Source of the DNA: Octopus bimaculoides
Taxonomy: Eukaryota
Direction of reading: 5' to 3'
Length of the DNA stretch: 64,000 bases
Assembly (NCBI RefSeq): GCF_001194135.2
Contig: NC_068983.1
Location: 90,115,106 to 90,179,105 of the forward strand
In this document: piece by piece, positions 22,733 through 34,444 of the stretch
Position numbering within the stretch: position 1 is the first letter of the stretch
Layout of the letters: every line of letters starts with the position of its first letter
Program-made: the position numbers and the translations under genes
The notes under the pieces: generated by a model
What the model was told of the DNA's origin: nothing
Databases searched by the model: none
What the model saw: the letters and a program-made list of their open reading frames with translations, nothing else

Positions 22733-22849
22733 CTTAAATTGACCCGAATACATACTGAAGGAGTAAGCTGTATTTCTGTTTTGAATGGTAGGCTTAACAT
22801 GCCACCTTAAGCATCAAACTCCAGTTTCTCCTTGTCTACATTTTTTTCT

Positions 22850-24100
22850 GCAAGTATTAGCCTGTTGATGTTCAGGTTAGATATCAGCAGCATTGATCTC
22901 TCAGTAAATTATATGGGTACTGCCTTTTCTCTTTGGAGTAACTTATTACCGAAAAAACAGTTTGGCTCACATTCAAAATGACTGGAATCATATTATGGTT
23001 TGCTGAAAAGTTCATACAGTTAGATTTCTTTAGTACTTAAAAAATCTGATGTGATTGACTGTTCAAAAGTTGATTCCATCACTACTAATAACTCATCTTA
23101 GAATAGATTGTTCCAGCACAGCCTTAACTGTGAGAGCCAAAACAAACTAAAGAACTTACCCAGAGAGTTTGCTTTGACAAAAAAAACAAAAAAACATTCA
23201 CACTACACTCACCATTACTAACCATTCTAATCTAATATCAGATTCTAGCTTCACAAATTGGTCAAATATCAAAACTGCTGATTATTGACATTTTTGCATA
23301 CTTTGGCAACACTTTGTCCTTATCAATTGTAAAGCCATTAGCAGAATTGTCAAAGCTACTATCACTTTGGATAGACTTCACAAGATCTTTTGGATAAAGA
23401 AGGATTACAAGCTGAAGATCTTCAGAGCTGTTGTTCTGCCGAATTTGCTCTTTGGTATTGAAATGTGAACTGTTTATAACAGGCACACCAAAATGGATGG
23501 CAATTGTATTCCAAAATGTTTCTTTTTATAGAAAGTTATGTTAAATCTTCAATCAGTGGACAGCACAAATGCTACAAGGACATTCTCAAGACCCTCCTAA
23601 AAGACTTCATCATCAATTGTCATGAGGAGTCTTGCTGCTGAGAGACTTACTTGGTGCAGGCTCAAAAACAGTGTCACTGCATCTAAGAAAACCAGAAACT
23701 GACAAGCTTAGTAATAGATGAAGTTGAGAAAGTCCAGAGCTGGAATATTGCTAAAAAAGGACTTGCCACCCACTCCCAGACATACCATTTAAGTGCTTCA
23801 AACCGTAAGTTATGACATAATCATTGTCCATGTGGACAGATGAATAAGGATACTTAACTAAAGCATGACGTTTAGTGGGTACCAGCTTTATATGCTTATT
23901 TTTAATCATGATGTTCTTCCAGAAAACCTGCTGCAATTGTTCCATTGCATATCATATATCTATCCACCCCATCACTGTGTAATCCCAGAATTCCTAGGAT
24001 ATTCAGGATGTTGAATTTGTGTTTAGGTCTGTTTGACAAAAGCAATCCTGAAACACCTTGTAACTACATGTACAACTTCACTATCCCATACTATCCTAAA
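22850..24100 (-). mobile_element. Highly decayed Gypsy pol remnant
   Basis: PYSSVHMD, FGVP and VISSDGINF...FLSTKEI resemble rve integrase motifs, with many stops. Confidence 0.4.
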
Positions 24101-24494
24101 GTTTTAGACTAAACTTTGTCAAATCTGTCTTCAGCTTATGTACCTGAAGTGAATATCAGCAGAACAGCAAATCATATCTATTAATTTGTTCCAAATATGC
24201 AGTTCTTCAACTCTATTCTTATTCCACCAACAAATAATTATATCAGTTAAGTTTCCATATTTTCTGAGTCTAGTCAAATAAGTATTACTAACATATTACT
24301 TTTGATTTAATAAATTATACATTTCTAGCCACAAAAATTATCTTTGTGCTTAATATTTTAATGACAGCCTGTCTGATAAACCATTATAAATACTCAACTC
24401 TCAAGGGAGCCTTTCCCAGTCAACCTTCAAATTACATTCTTCTGTCTTAAATAAGGACAGAGTACATTGAATAAGGTAGTCTTTGACGTACCTC

Positions 24495-27400
24495 TCATCA
24501 TCATCATCGTTTAATGTCCGTTTTCCATGCTAGCATGGGTTGGACGATTTGACTGAGGACTGGTGAACCGGATGGCTGCACCAGGCTCCAATCTGATCTG
24601 GCAGAGTTTCTACAGCTGGATGCCCTTCCTAACGCCAACCACTCCGAGTGTAGTGGGTGCTTTTACGTGCCATCGGCACGAAGGCCACTCACACGGTACT
24701 GGCACTGGCCATGCTCAAAATGGTGTTTTTTACGTGCCACCTGCACAGGAGCCAGTTCAACGGCACTGGCAACAACCTCGCTCGAATGATTTTTTAACGT
24801 GCTGTTTGTGCTCCACTGGCACAGGTGCCATTCATTGAATATGGTTCAATTACGATTTTGATTTCACTTGCCCCAACAGGTCTTCGCAAGCAGAGTTTAG
24901 TGTCCAATGAAGGAGAGATTGGCATGGGTGCCAGTCATCGAATTTGGTTCAATTTTGATTTCAAATTCACTTGCCTCAACAGGTCTTCGCAAGCAGAGTT
25001 TAGTGTCCAATGAAGTAAAGATATGAATAAGTGAGCTGGCTACACTTCTGGCAGAGGCCACAGATTATGCTCTCATAGGTTTGCCAGGTCTTCTCATGTA
25101 CTGCATATTTCCAAAGGTCCTGGTCACTTGTCATTGCCTCGGTAAGGCCTAAAGTTCGAAGCTCATGCTTCACCAACTCATCCCAGGTCTTCCTGGGTCT
25201 ACCTCTTCCACAGGTTTCCTCAACCATTAGGGTGTGGCACTTTTCACACAGCTATCCTCATCCATTCTTGCCACATGCCCATACCAGCGCAATCATCTCT
25301 CTTGCACACCACAACTGATGCTTCTTAAGTCTAACTTTTCTCTCAAGGTACTTATACTCTGTTGAGTATGCACACTGACATTACACATCCATCAGAGCAT
25401 ACTGGCTTCATTTCTTGCGAGCTTACGCATGTCCTCAGCAGTCACAGCCCATGTTTCACTGCCATGTAGCATGGCGGTTCGTACACATGCGTCATACAGT
25501 CTGCCTTTTACTCTGAGTGAAAGGCCCTTTGTTGCCAGCAGAGGTAAGAGCTCTCTGAACTTTGCTGAGGCTATTCTTATTTTAGCAGCTACACTTTCAG
25601 CGCACCCTCCCCCACTACAAACTTGGTCACCTAGGTAGCGGAAGCTATCAACTACTTCTAGTTTTTCTCCCTGGAATGTGGCAAAGGTTGTTTTCTGCAC
25701 ATTTTCAGTGTTTATTGCTCCTGAGCATCTGCCACATACAAAAACTATCTTGCTAGTTAGCCTTCCTTTGATATTGCTGCACCTCCTATGTGTCCATTGC
25801 TTATACTGGGTACATCTTATGGAGTTTCTACCTACGCCTTTTCTACAGATCGAGCAGGGCCATCTACCTGAAGGGGTTTGTGTTTTGTCTACCTTCCTAC
25901 TTATTAGGACTTTGGTTTTAGTTAGGTTGACACTTAGGCCCTTCGATTCTAGTCCTTGCTTCCATACCTGAAACTTCTCTAGTTCTGATAGTGACTCAGC
26001 AGTTAGAGCAAGGTCATCAGCATAGAGGAGCTCCCATGGGCAATCTGTCTCGAATTCCTCTGTTATAGCCTGGAGAGCTATAAACAGGAGGGGGCTGAGC
26101 ACTGAACCTTGGTGAGCCCCTACCTCTACCCGGAATTCTTCACTGTACTCCTTGCCAACACTCACCTTACTGACAGCCTCCCTGTACATGGCTCACACAG
26201 CTCTCACTAACCATTCTTCTATCCTTAGTTTCCTCATTGACCACCAGATAAGGGATTGGGGGACCCTGTCAAAGGTTTTCTCCATGTCAACAAAAGCCAA
26301 GTACAGAGGTTTATCTTTGGCTAGGTATTTCTCCTGCAGCTGTCTTACCAGAAATATAGCATCAGTGGTGCTTTTCCCTGGAATGAACCCAAACTGCATC
26401 TCATCTCAACTGACTCTCTCCCTAATTAGTTGGGCTATGACCCTCTCAGTGACCTTCATTACCTGGTCCAACAACTTGATACCTCTGTAATTGTTTGTAT
26501 CTAAAGCGTCACCTTTACCTTTGTAGGAGTTGACTATGGTGCTGCTACACCAGTCATTGGGTATGACTCCTTCGTGTATCACCTGGTTAAGAATACGGGT
26601 GACTAGGCTATAGCCGACACTGCCAAATATTTTGAGCACCTCTGCAGTGATTCCTGATGGGCCAGTGGCTTTCCCTGTGTGCATACTCTTGATCGCTTTA
26701 TCTACCAAGGTACTGTCAATTAGGATAGCTGGTCCCTCTGTTGGGTTAACATACGGCAGACTCTCTTTCTCCCATTCATTCTCTTTATTAAGCAACCTTT
26801 CATAGTGGCGTCTCGAAACCTCTCTCTTTGCAGCCTCATTTAGTGCAAGTGAGCCATCATCCATGCGGACACATTTCTTTCCTACGACATTCTCTCTCAC
26901 TCACTGTCTTGCAACATGAAATACCTCTTGGTCCTCATGGCGCAGAACATTGGCAAATTTTTTCTTATCTGCTTCCCCTCTGGCTAAGTAAACCTGTCTC
27001 CTAGCTTTCCTTCTGGCAGTCTGATACAATTCCCTGCTACCTCCGTTCTTCCAATCCTTCCAAGCCTGTTTCTTTTGTCTAATAGCCCTGTGAATCACAT
27101 TGTTCCACCACCACATTACTTCGGGTCGAGAGGGGACTTTGCACGAACAACAGATCTGGTCGGTGGCTCTCTGCAGGTTGTCCGGTAGAAACCTCCAATT
27201 GTCTTCTACTTTGTGTGATGCTATATCCCCTTCTATTTTGTCAAATGCTTCGAGTAAGACATTTCTAAATCTCTGTCCATTTGCAGGATCTTTAAGCTTC
27301 CAGACCCTTCTCCTCCAAGCTGGTCTACTTCTGGGCATCCATTTAGCCTTGATCCCGAAGTCGCTAACTACTAATCTGTGTTGAGGGGTACATTCTTCGC

Positions 27401-28390
27401 CTGGGAAGGTTTTGGCATTTATAAGAAGTCCTCTTTCCCTATTTCTGGCGAGGATTTAGTCAATTTGGCTAGTGTGTCTTCCGGAACGGTAGGTGACTAG
27501 GTGACAGGCAGGTTTCCTGAAGTTAGTATTGCAAACCAAAAGATCATTTGCATCACAGAACTCCAGCAGTCTGGTTCCCTCCTCATTGCAGGAACCAAAG
27601 CCATAGCCTCCATGTACGCCATGGAAGTCCCCTGCATGTTGTCCAACATGTCCTTTGAAATCACCAACCACAAAGAGAAGGTCCCTGTCATTCGTCAATG
27701 AGGTAGTTTGCAACAGGGTGTCATAGAATTGGTCTTTCAGCCCATCCGGTAGCCCCGGTTGAGGGGCATAGGCCAAGATGGTGGTAGCTAACCTATGGCG
27801 AAACACTAGTCTAATCTTAAGTACTCTGTCACAAACTATGACTACCTCGATTACCTTATCAACCCATCTCTCTGCAAGAAGTATTCCCATGCCTCCCGAC
27901 CCCATCAGTGTTCCCTGCCCAGAAAATCTTGTACTTGTGTTCTTTCCCTGTGAGGAACCTAGCAGAACCTCCTCTCCACCTTACTTCTTGGATGCAACAC
28001 AAATCTACGTGTCTCCGTTCAAGCAACTCAACAATCTCACCAGACCTACCTTTTAGTGTACCGATGTTGAAAGTGCCAATTCTGACGGTGTGGGAGGTGT
28101 GGACCTGTGAGACCCTGGGATGATGGACAGCAGTGTCCTGTGCCTGAAAAGAAGGCTTGCATTTGGCAGAATTCATAAACAAACAATGCCTACAACCTGC
28201 ATACACTACACCATCTTTATGCGCTATATGATCGGTAAAACCCTGGGTAGGGGAGGGATGGCATTAGGCCCTTAGAAGTGTTCGTGGGAGACAACCAAGG
28301 ATAACAGAGGATAAGAACTTCCGGTACTGGTGGGGTGGGGGAGGAGTATACCACGAGCCAGTAAGTTTAAAGCGAGAGCCACTTCTGCAT
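24495..28390 (-). mobile_element. Near full-length RTE LINE (family A), inactivated
   Basis: APE (RIGTFNIGTL, LCCIQEVRW, VVGDFKGHVG, HTSQID), RT (QFGF, HQGSVLSPLLF, LLYADDL), PHD-like finger, GRGRPRKTW, 3' UTR and (GAT)n tail. Several stops and frameshifts; the 5' end is approximate. Confidence 0.95.
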
Positions 28391-29124
28391 TTTTATACTA
28401 TGGTTGACAAATTTAGTGAGAATGAGTTAAAGAAATGATGAACTTGAATAAAGTAAAGTAAAATAAATAAATAAATAAAGCGTGGTGATTAAAGGAATGC
28501 ATGAATTTAAGACAAACAGGGAGACGAATCAAACAGGCGATGTTTACATGATCTACGCTGAAAACAGGAGTATATGAAAGGTTGAAAGAAAAGCTCTTAT
28601 ATATTCATCTTCTGGATTTCATATTCTGTCAGCAGAGGAATTCGAACTTGATTAGGAGAAAGTAGAATATTACTGGCCATAGCTGGAATGCTAGGTCTGT
28701 TCTGTTGGGAGTGACCTGAGAATAGACAACAATATGAGATGTTACTGTCAGTCTCTGCTATGCTTCTGAATTTACATGCTCTGTATCTTTCCCTTTTAAC
28801 TCTATCATTTTCAGCTGGGCTACTGAAGTCATGACACTATCATTTTCAACTGGGCTACTGGAGCCATGACTCCAAATTTAAATCCAACAATTGTGTTCTT
28901 GTGCAAAATAGTTAATGCACTTTCAGTCTGCCTGGATGCTAATAGTTTCTACTCATATGTTGTAATTGTATGGTTAGTGGTGAGAAAGGAATTCAACTAG
29001 AAAAATATTTGCTGCAATAATAACCATATTGCTAAAATTGCTAAGAACTACTCTAATATTGCCAGCATAGATATAAAATGGATTAAAACATTAAAAGAAA
29101 TACAGAGCACTTAAAATCTATGTA

Positions 29125-30237
29125 CAGGGTATCCCAAAACTTAGGCGACCAACTTTTTTCAATTTTACTAAAGTAAAATATTGTTATATTTCAGGTTCAA
29201 GTGTTGCAATGCAACGGTAAAGGAAACACAATTATGACACTACCACATTTATTCAATGTGATCACCTCTGTCTCAAATTACAGTCTAGGTGCAAATTCTT
29301 CACATATGGCATGCAGCTGTTCTTGCAGAATCATTTCTGGTGTGCCTTCAGAGCTTTGAGCAAAGCATGAGGAGTGCTTAAGACCCTCGTCTCCAAAATG
29401 GATCAAACAGAAAAATTCAATGGGTTGAGATTTGGGCTTCTTGAGGGCCATACATCCTTGCCTATGAATGACAGACTATTTTCCCAAATTCAGTGTTGTG
29501 TCTGTTTGGAGTTGTGGGATGGTGCCAAATCCTGTTGGAGGCTCCAAATTGCACCTTGAAAGTGCTCATTTGCCTATGGAAGCAGTATGAGTCTACCTTC
29601 GATGGAGCCAGATACACTCCAAAGTTGGTCATTCTTGTTATTTACTGTCTGTTTGATGTCAAATTTCTTTCCATCAGTGATCACCAGGTTGGGCAGTGTC
29701 TTCAGCAATCTGATGCAGGATAAGTTGACTTCTCTCCAGTCTCATAGCCTTATAAATTTGCATGAACTCATGACAGTGGATCATCTTGGAGGAGTGGGTC
29801 CTGAGATTTTCCTTCAGCACTTGATACATCAATGTTCAACTTATTTTTGCTGTGGTAGCCAGTTTTCTGACAGAACAATGAGGCTTTCACCATATCTTTT
29901 CTCCAATACTTTTGATAAGCTGAGGGGTCCACACACTTCTTTTTTGGCTATGTCCAGGTCGATCAGTGGTGGAACCAGTCTCTTAAAATTTCTTGTCAAT
30001 TTTCCAGACTGTTATTCAGTTAAGCATTTTTGCTATAGCTGTATTACTCTTGCCTCTTTCGTGGAGGGTTATGATTATATTTTGGTCTATAACCATTATC
30101 TTTATTAATCTGAATTTATTTAGTCTGAAACGAAAAGAAAACACTTTTATGATGTATAAATTTGATATGATGTATAATTTTCATATCTTACCACATTTAT
30201 TGATAGTTATTAAAGCCTGAAACTTGAGAATACCCTG
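29125..30237 (-). mobile_element. DD37D/maT-like Tc1-mariner remnant
   Basis: Imperfect TIRs cagggtat... with TA flanks. Translates to IITLHERGKSNTAIAKML, VITDGKKFDIKQTVNNKNDQLW and WPSRSPNLNPLNFSVWSILE. Confidence 0.8.
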
Positions 30238-30656
30238 TAGTTCAGTTCTAGACTCCTCCTTCCAACATTTATTGAACACTTGTCTTCATATCCTTGTCAT
30301 TAAACTTGTATTCTATTTGTTATTCTGTGCATTATTATTTAATGCTGCCAGATTCCTGTTAACCTTTCGTTAATATATTTCTAACCAATATACCCCTTGT
30401 GTGTTTCAATTAAATTCGAAAATAATAAAATAATCATGAATTTAGACTGGTTTCATAAAACAACTCTAACTTTTTATTTATCAATATACTAATATGATTT
30501 TGGAATGCAATTTAACAAAAGGCTCTTAACCAAATGTTTCATAAGTTTTAACTCAAAGCAAATCTTATGAAACAGTTTTGATTCAAAGTAATCTAATTAC
30601 TTGTAAATACAGGTAAATTCAACAAAATGTAGATAATTAAAATTTTGTTTAAACAG

Positions 30657-33600
30657 CATCATCCAGTGTTTTGAGTCCGGGTTTTTACCCTGTTAATGGG
30701 GTGGCTGGATCTATCTCAGTGCCATAGCAACTACCCTCACACCATCTTGCCCAGTTTTGGGCATCCTCCTATTACAAACCAACCCTCCCAATTTCCTCCT
30801 CCACCTGTCCCCTCCACCTTTTCCTCACTCTGCCTCATTTTTGCGCTCCATTTACCTCAAATGCAATCACCCTCCTCAGAACATGCTCTTCATCACTCCT
30901 CAACACATGTCCATACCACCTCACTCCATTCGCCCTTGCCAACCATTCCACTGATTCCTCCAACCCTAGCATTCCCATCAAATCCTCAGTCCTCTTTTTA
31001 TCAAACAGCTTCACTCCACACATTTCTCTCACCATTGCTCTCTCAGTCCTTCTCAAAATTACCATCTCTCTCTCACTCAGACACCATACCTCACTCCCAT
31101 ACAGCATTGCAGCTCTCACACAACTCTTATAGGCTCTTCCTTTCATCTTTAATGAGAACCTTTTCCCATATAATAACGCTCCACATTCCCTGAACTTCAC
31201 CTAGTCAAATCTCCATCTTGCTGTCACAGCTGCTTCACATCCCTCACTTACATTCACTCCCAGATAACAAAACCCTCTCACTGTTTCCACCTCGTTACAT
31301 AGCGCTTCCACTGGTTCTGCTGGCCCTCCAGCTCCTATCTCACATCTTCCACAAACAAACTCTCTCACCAGTCTTGGGATCACCTTCTTCATTTTCGTAT
31401 ATCTACCATGAATCCATTTCTCACATCTCGTACACAGCACCACATTTGTCATTACTCTCCTTTCATATACACCACATGGATCCACCTTACTCACTAACAC
31501 TTCTCTTCCCACCCCACTCACCATCACCTTTGTCTTCCTGAGGTTTACCTTCAAATCCTTGCTTTCAAATGCCTCCTTCCATTTCTAAAACTTCTCCCTC
31601 AATCCCTCCATCGTTTCACTCATCAGAACAAGGTCATCCACATACAGTATCTCCATTATCAATCCCTCTTTTGCACTTTCTGTCACCACATCAACCACTA
31701 TTGCAAACAACAACAGTGACAACACAAATTCCTGATGCACACCAACTTTCACTGCAAACTCCTCTGACAGCTCTGACCCAATTCTAACTCTTGTCTTTAC
31801 CCCTTCATACAAACTCATGCAATGAACATTGCATCTATTGTCCCCTTCCTAGCATAAAACCAAATCGCATCTTGTCCTAATCCCCCCACTTCCTAATTGT
31901 CCTCTCCAACACCCTTCTCACTATTTTCATTGCATGCTCCAATAACTTCACTCTTCTATGCACCTCACAGCTCATCGCATCCCCCTTCCCCTTGAAGATC
32001 TGTACCACTACACTTAGTGCCCAATCATCTGGCATTCGTCTTCCGTCAAGCACACCCTGGCAGAGTTCCATCATCACAACAATCCCTATCTCTCTGCTTG
32101 CATTTATCATGTCCACACTTACTTCTGATGGACCAGCTGCCTTTCTTGTTTTCATTTCCTTCGCAACCTCTACTACTTCCTGACTAACCTTCTCCACTGG
32201 CCCCTCCACTACAACTTCCATCCTCTGATCCCATTCATTCTCTTCGATCATAATTCCCTCCATATGCTCCTTCCAAACTCTTCCCCTGTCCTCACTAAAA
32301 TTCAACCTTCCATCACTCCCCCTCACGCATCTTCCTCCCTCAACATCTCTTCCATCTTTTTTCATTGATTTAATAAACCTAAATACTCCATCTGGGTTCT
32401 CATCCAGCCTGCTCAACCTCTCCTCAGCCTCCTTCCTCATAGATCTCACAACCATCCTCTTTGCATGATTCTTCATGTTATTATACCTGGCTTTCATTTG
32501 CTCAGTCCTATTATTACATAAAACTTTGTACGCCTCCTTCTTCCTCGCTATCGCATCCCTCACCTCCTTGTTCCACCACCATATATCTCTTCGATCTCTT
32601 CTACCTTTCATCCTTCCACACACTTCATTACATGCCTTTAGTACCCTTTCTTTAAAAGACTTCCACAAATCCGGTGCATGAATGCTTACCAACTCCCCAA
32701 TTCTCTCCTCAAACTTTGCTCTTGTTTCTTCTTCCTTCAGTTTCCACACCTTTCTCGTCTCAGCTGTTCCCTTTCTCGTCTCAACTGTTCCCTTTCTCGT
32801 CTCAACTGTTCCCTTTCTCGTCTCAACTGTTCCCTTTCTCACACACTTTTTAACTTTCTTCTAATCCCAGGCAGCAACCCCCAACCTATGCTGCGACTCT
32901 CCTGGTATTGTTTTCACATCTCTCAGATGCTTTCTGTTTTTCCTGCCAACCAACACGATGTCAATCTCTGTCTCATTCTTTCCTGCACTGAAAGTCACCT
33001 TCCTTTTTTTCTGTTTTCCTAAACCGCATGTTCACTGCACACAACTCTTTCTCATCACAAAACTCCAACAGCATCCTTCCTTCTACATTTCTCTCCCCAA
33101 TTCCGTTTCCCCCATTCACACCCTCAAAGCCCTGGATCCATTTCCTAACATATCCATTAAAATCTCCCATGCCCAAATCCACCTCATAAAGTCCCACTTA
33201 TTCATCACTTCATCGAAGAACCACTCTTTTTCAGCGATCCCTCTTCCACTTTGCGGGCCATACCCACAAATCACCCTCACCACTTCTTCCTCAAATGCTA
33301 ACACCACTGTCATCACTCTGTCACTCTTTCTCCTGACCTCCACCACCTTTTCACAGATTTCTTCCTTCACCAAAACTCCTACACTTCCATTCCCCTTGCT
33401 ATTTCCCCGACTACCACGACTTGTACTTTCTTCCCTTGACCCCAACAAATCTTGCACCATGGCCCCTCCACCTAGCCTCCTGCACACAGTACACATACCT
33501 TCCTCTTCCTCAATTTCTCACATACTTCAGTTCCCCTTCCATGCAGACTGCCTACATTCCAACTTCCCAACCTCACCCGAAGCTTCTCCTCAGGTCTTCA

Positions 33601-33820
33601 GCCATCATAAGGCAAGTCATGCTTGCATAACCCAGGATGGGGGTTTGCACCTTCCTTTTTGAGGTAAGCAGGTGCAGCCCACCCCAACCTTTGGGCTGGC
33701 TGGTGCTCATTCTCCTTTGCTATCCTGAGGCTTTCTTGGAGATGGATTTTCTACAGGGAGCATGCCCTTGCTTACCTCCAACCTCAGTTTCTAGGCATGA
33801 GTAGCCCAAGACCAAGGCTT
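30657..33820 (-). mobile_element. RTE LINE (family B), internally deleted
   Basis: APE (VICGYGPQ, MGDFNGYV), RT (LYVDDLVL), CTRCEKWIH...FVCGRC finger and RWYGHVLR. About 200 nt of RT is missing near 31820. Confidence 0.95.
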
Positions 33821-34241
33821 CTACCACAATTTTTAAGAAATCTGGTGGAGAAACATCAGCTCAGAAAATGAGCTATTAGCTAATATTCACTGAGTATATA
33901 ACAGAGAATATAATAGAGAAGAATTGTGCAAATTCTGATATTATCTATCAGTTGAACTTGATGCATATAAGACAGGTTTACTATAAAGATAAAACAGAAT
34001 GAAATACTGAAATTTGTCTTGGAGAAAACTAAGAAATAGTACATAGATACACAGAAACACATATGATAATGATTCACGGGCCAAATTAATCAAAATTTGT
34101 CACACACCTTACAGGTAAATTAAAATTATAGGTAAAAAAATAAAAATGTTCTGAAAAAAAATTTATAGATCAAATTCACACACACACAATATTCCTAAAA
34201 ATCCTTGAATTTCTAACTTACTTCCAAGTATGTGGGTAACC

Positions 34242-34444
34242 TAAACTCTCTAGCATTTAAACTGCCATATCCAGCCCAAATATGCCTCCTGTTTTATGTT
34301 GAAACTGGCCAGATCTAGTCTCTCACACCTACCCTAAAATGTCATTCAAATCTCAAAGCTATGAGACAATACATGATTAATTTAAAACAGTATGAATAAA
34401 AAAACTTTACATTTGGCAGAGTAATTCGAATGCTAAAGGGTTAA
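34242..34444. mobile_element. TTAA-type (piggyBac-like) MITE
   Basis: Ends ctagcattt / gaatgctaaaggg-TTAA. The body matches 57470-57689. Confidence 0.7.
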
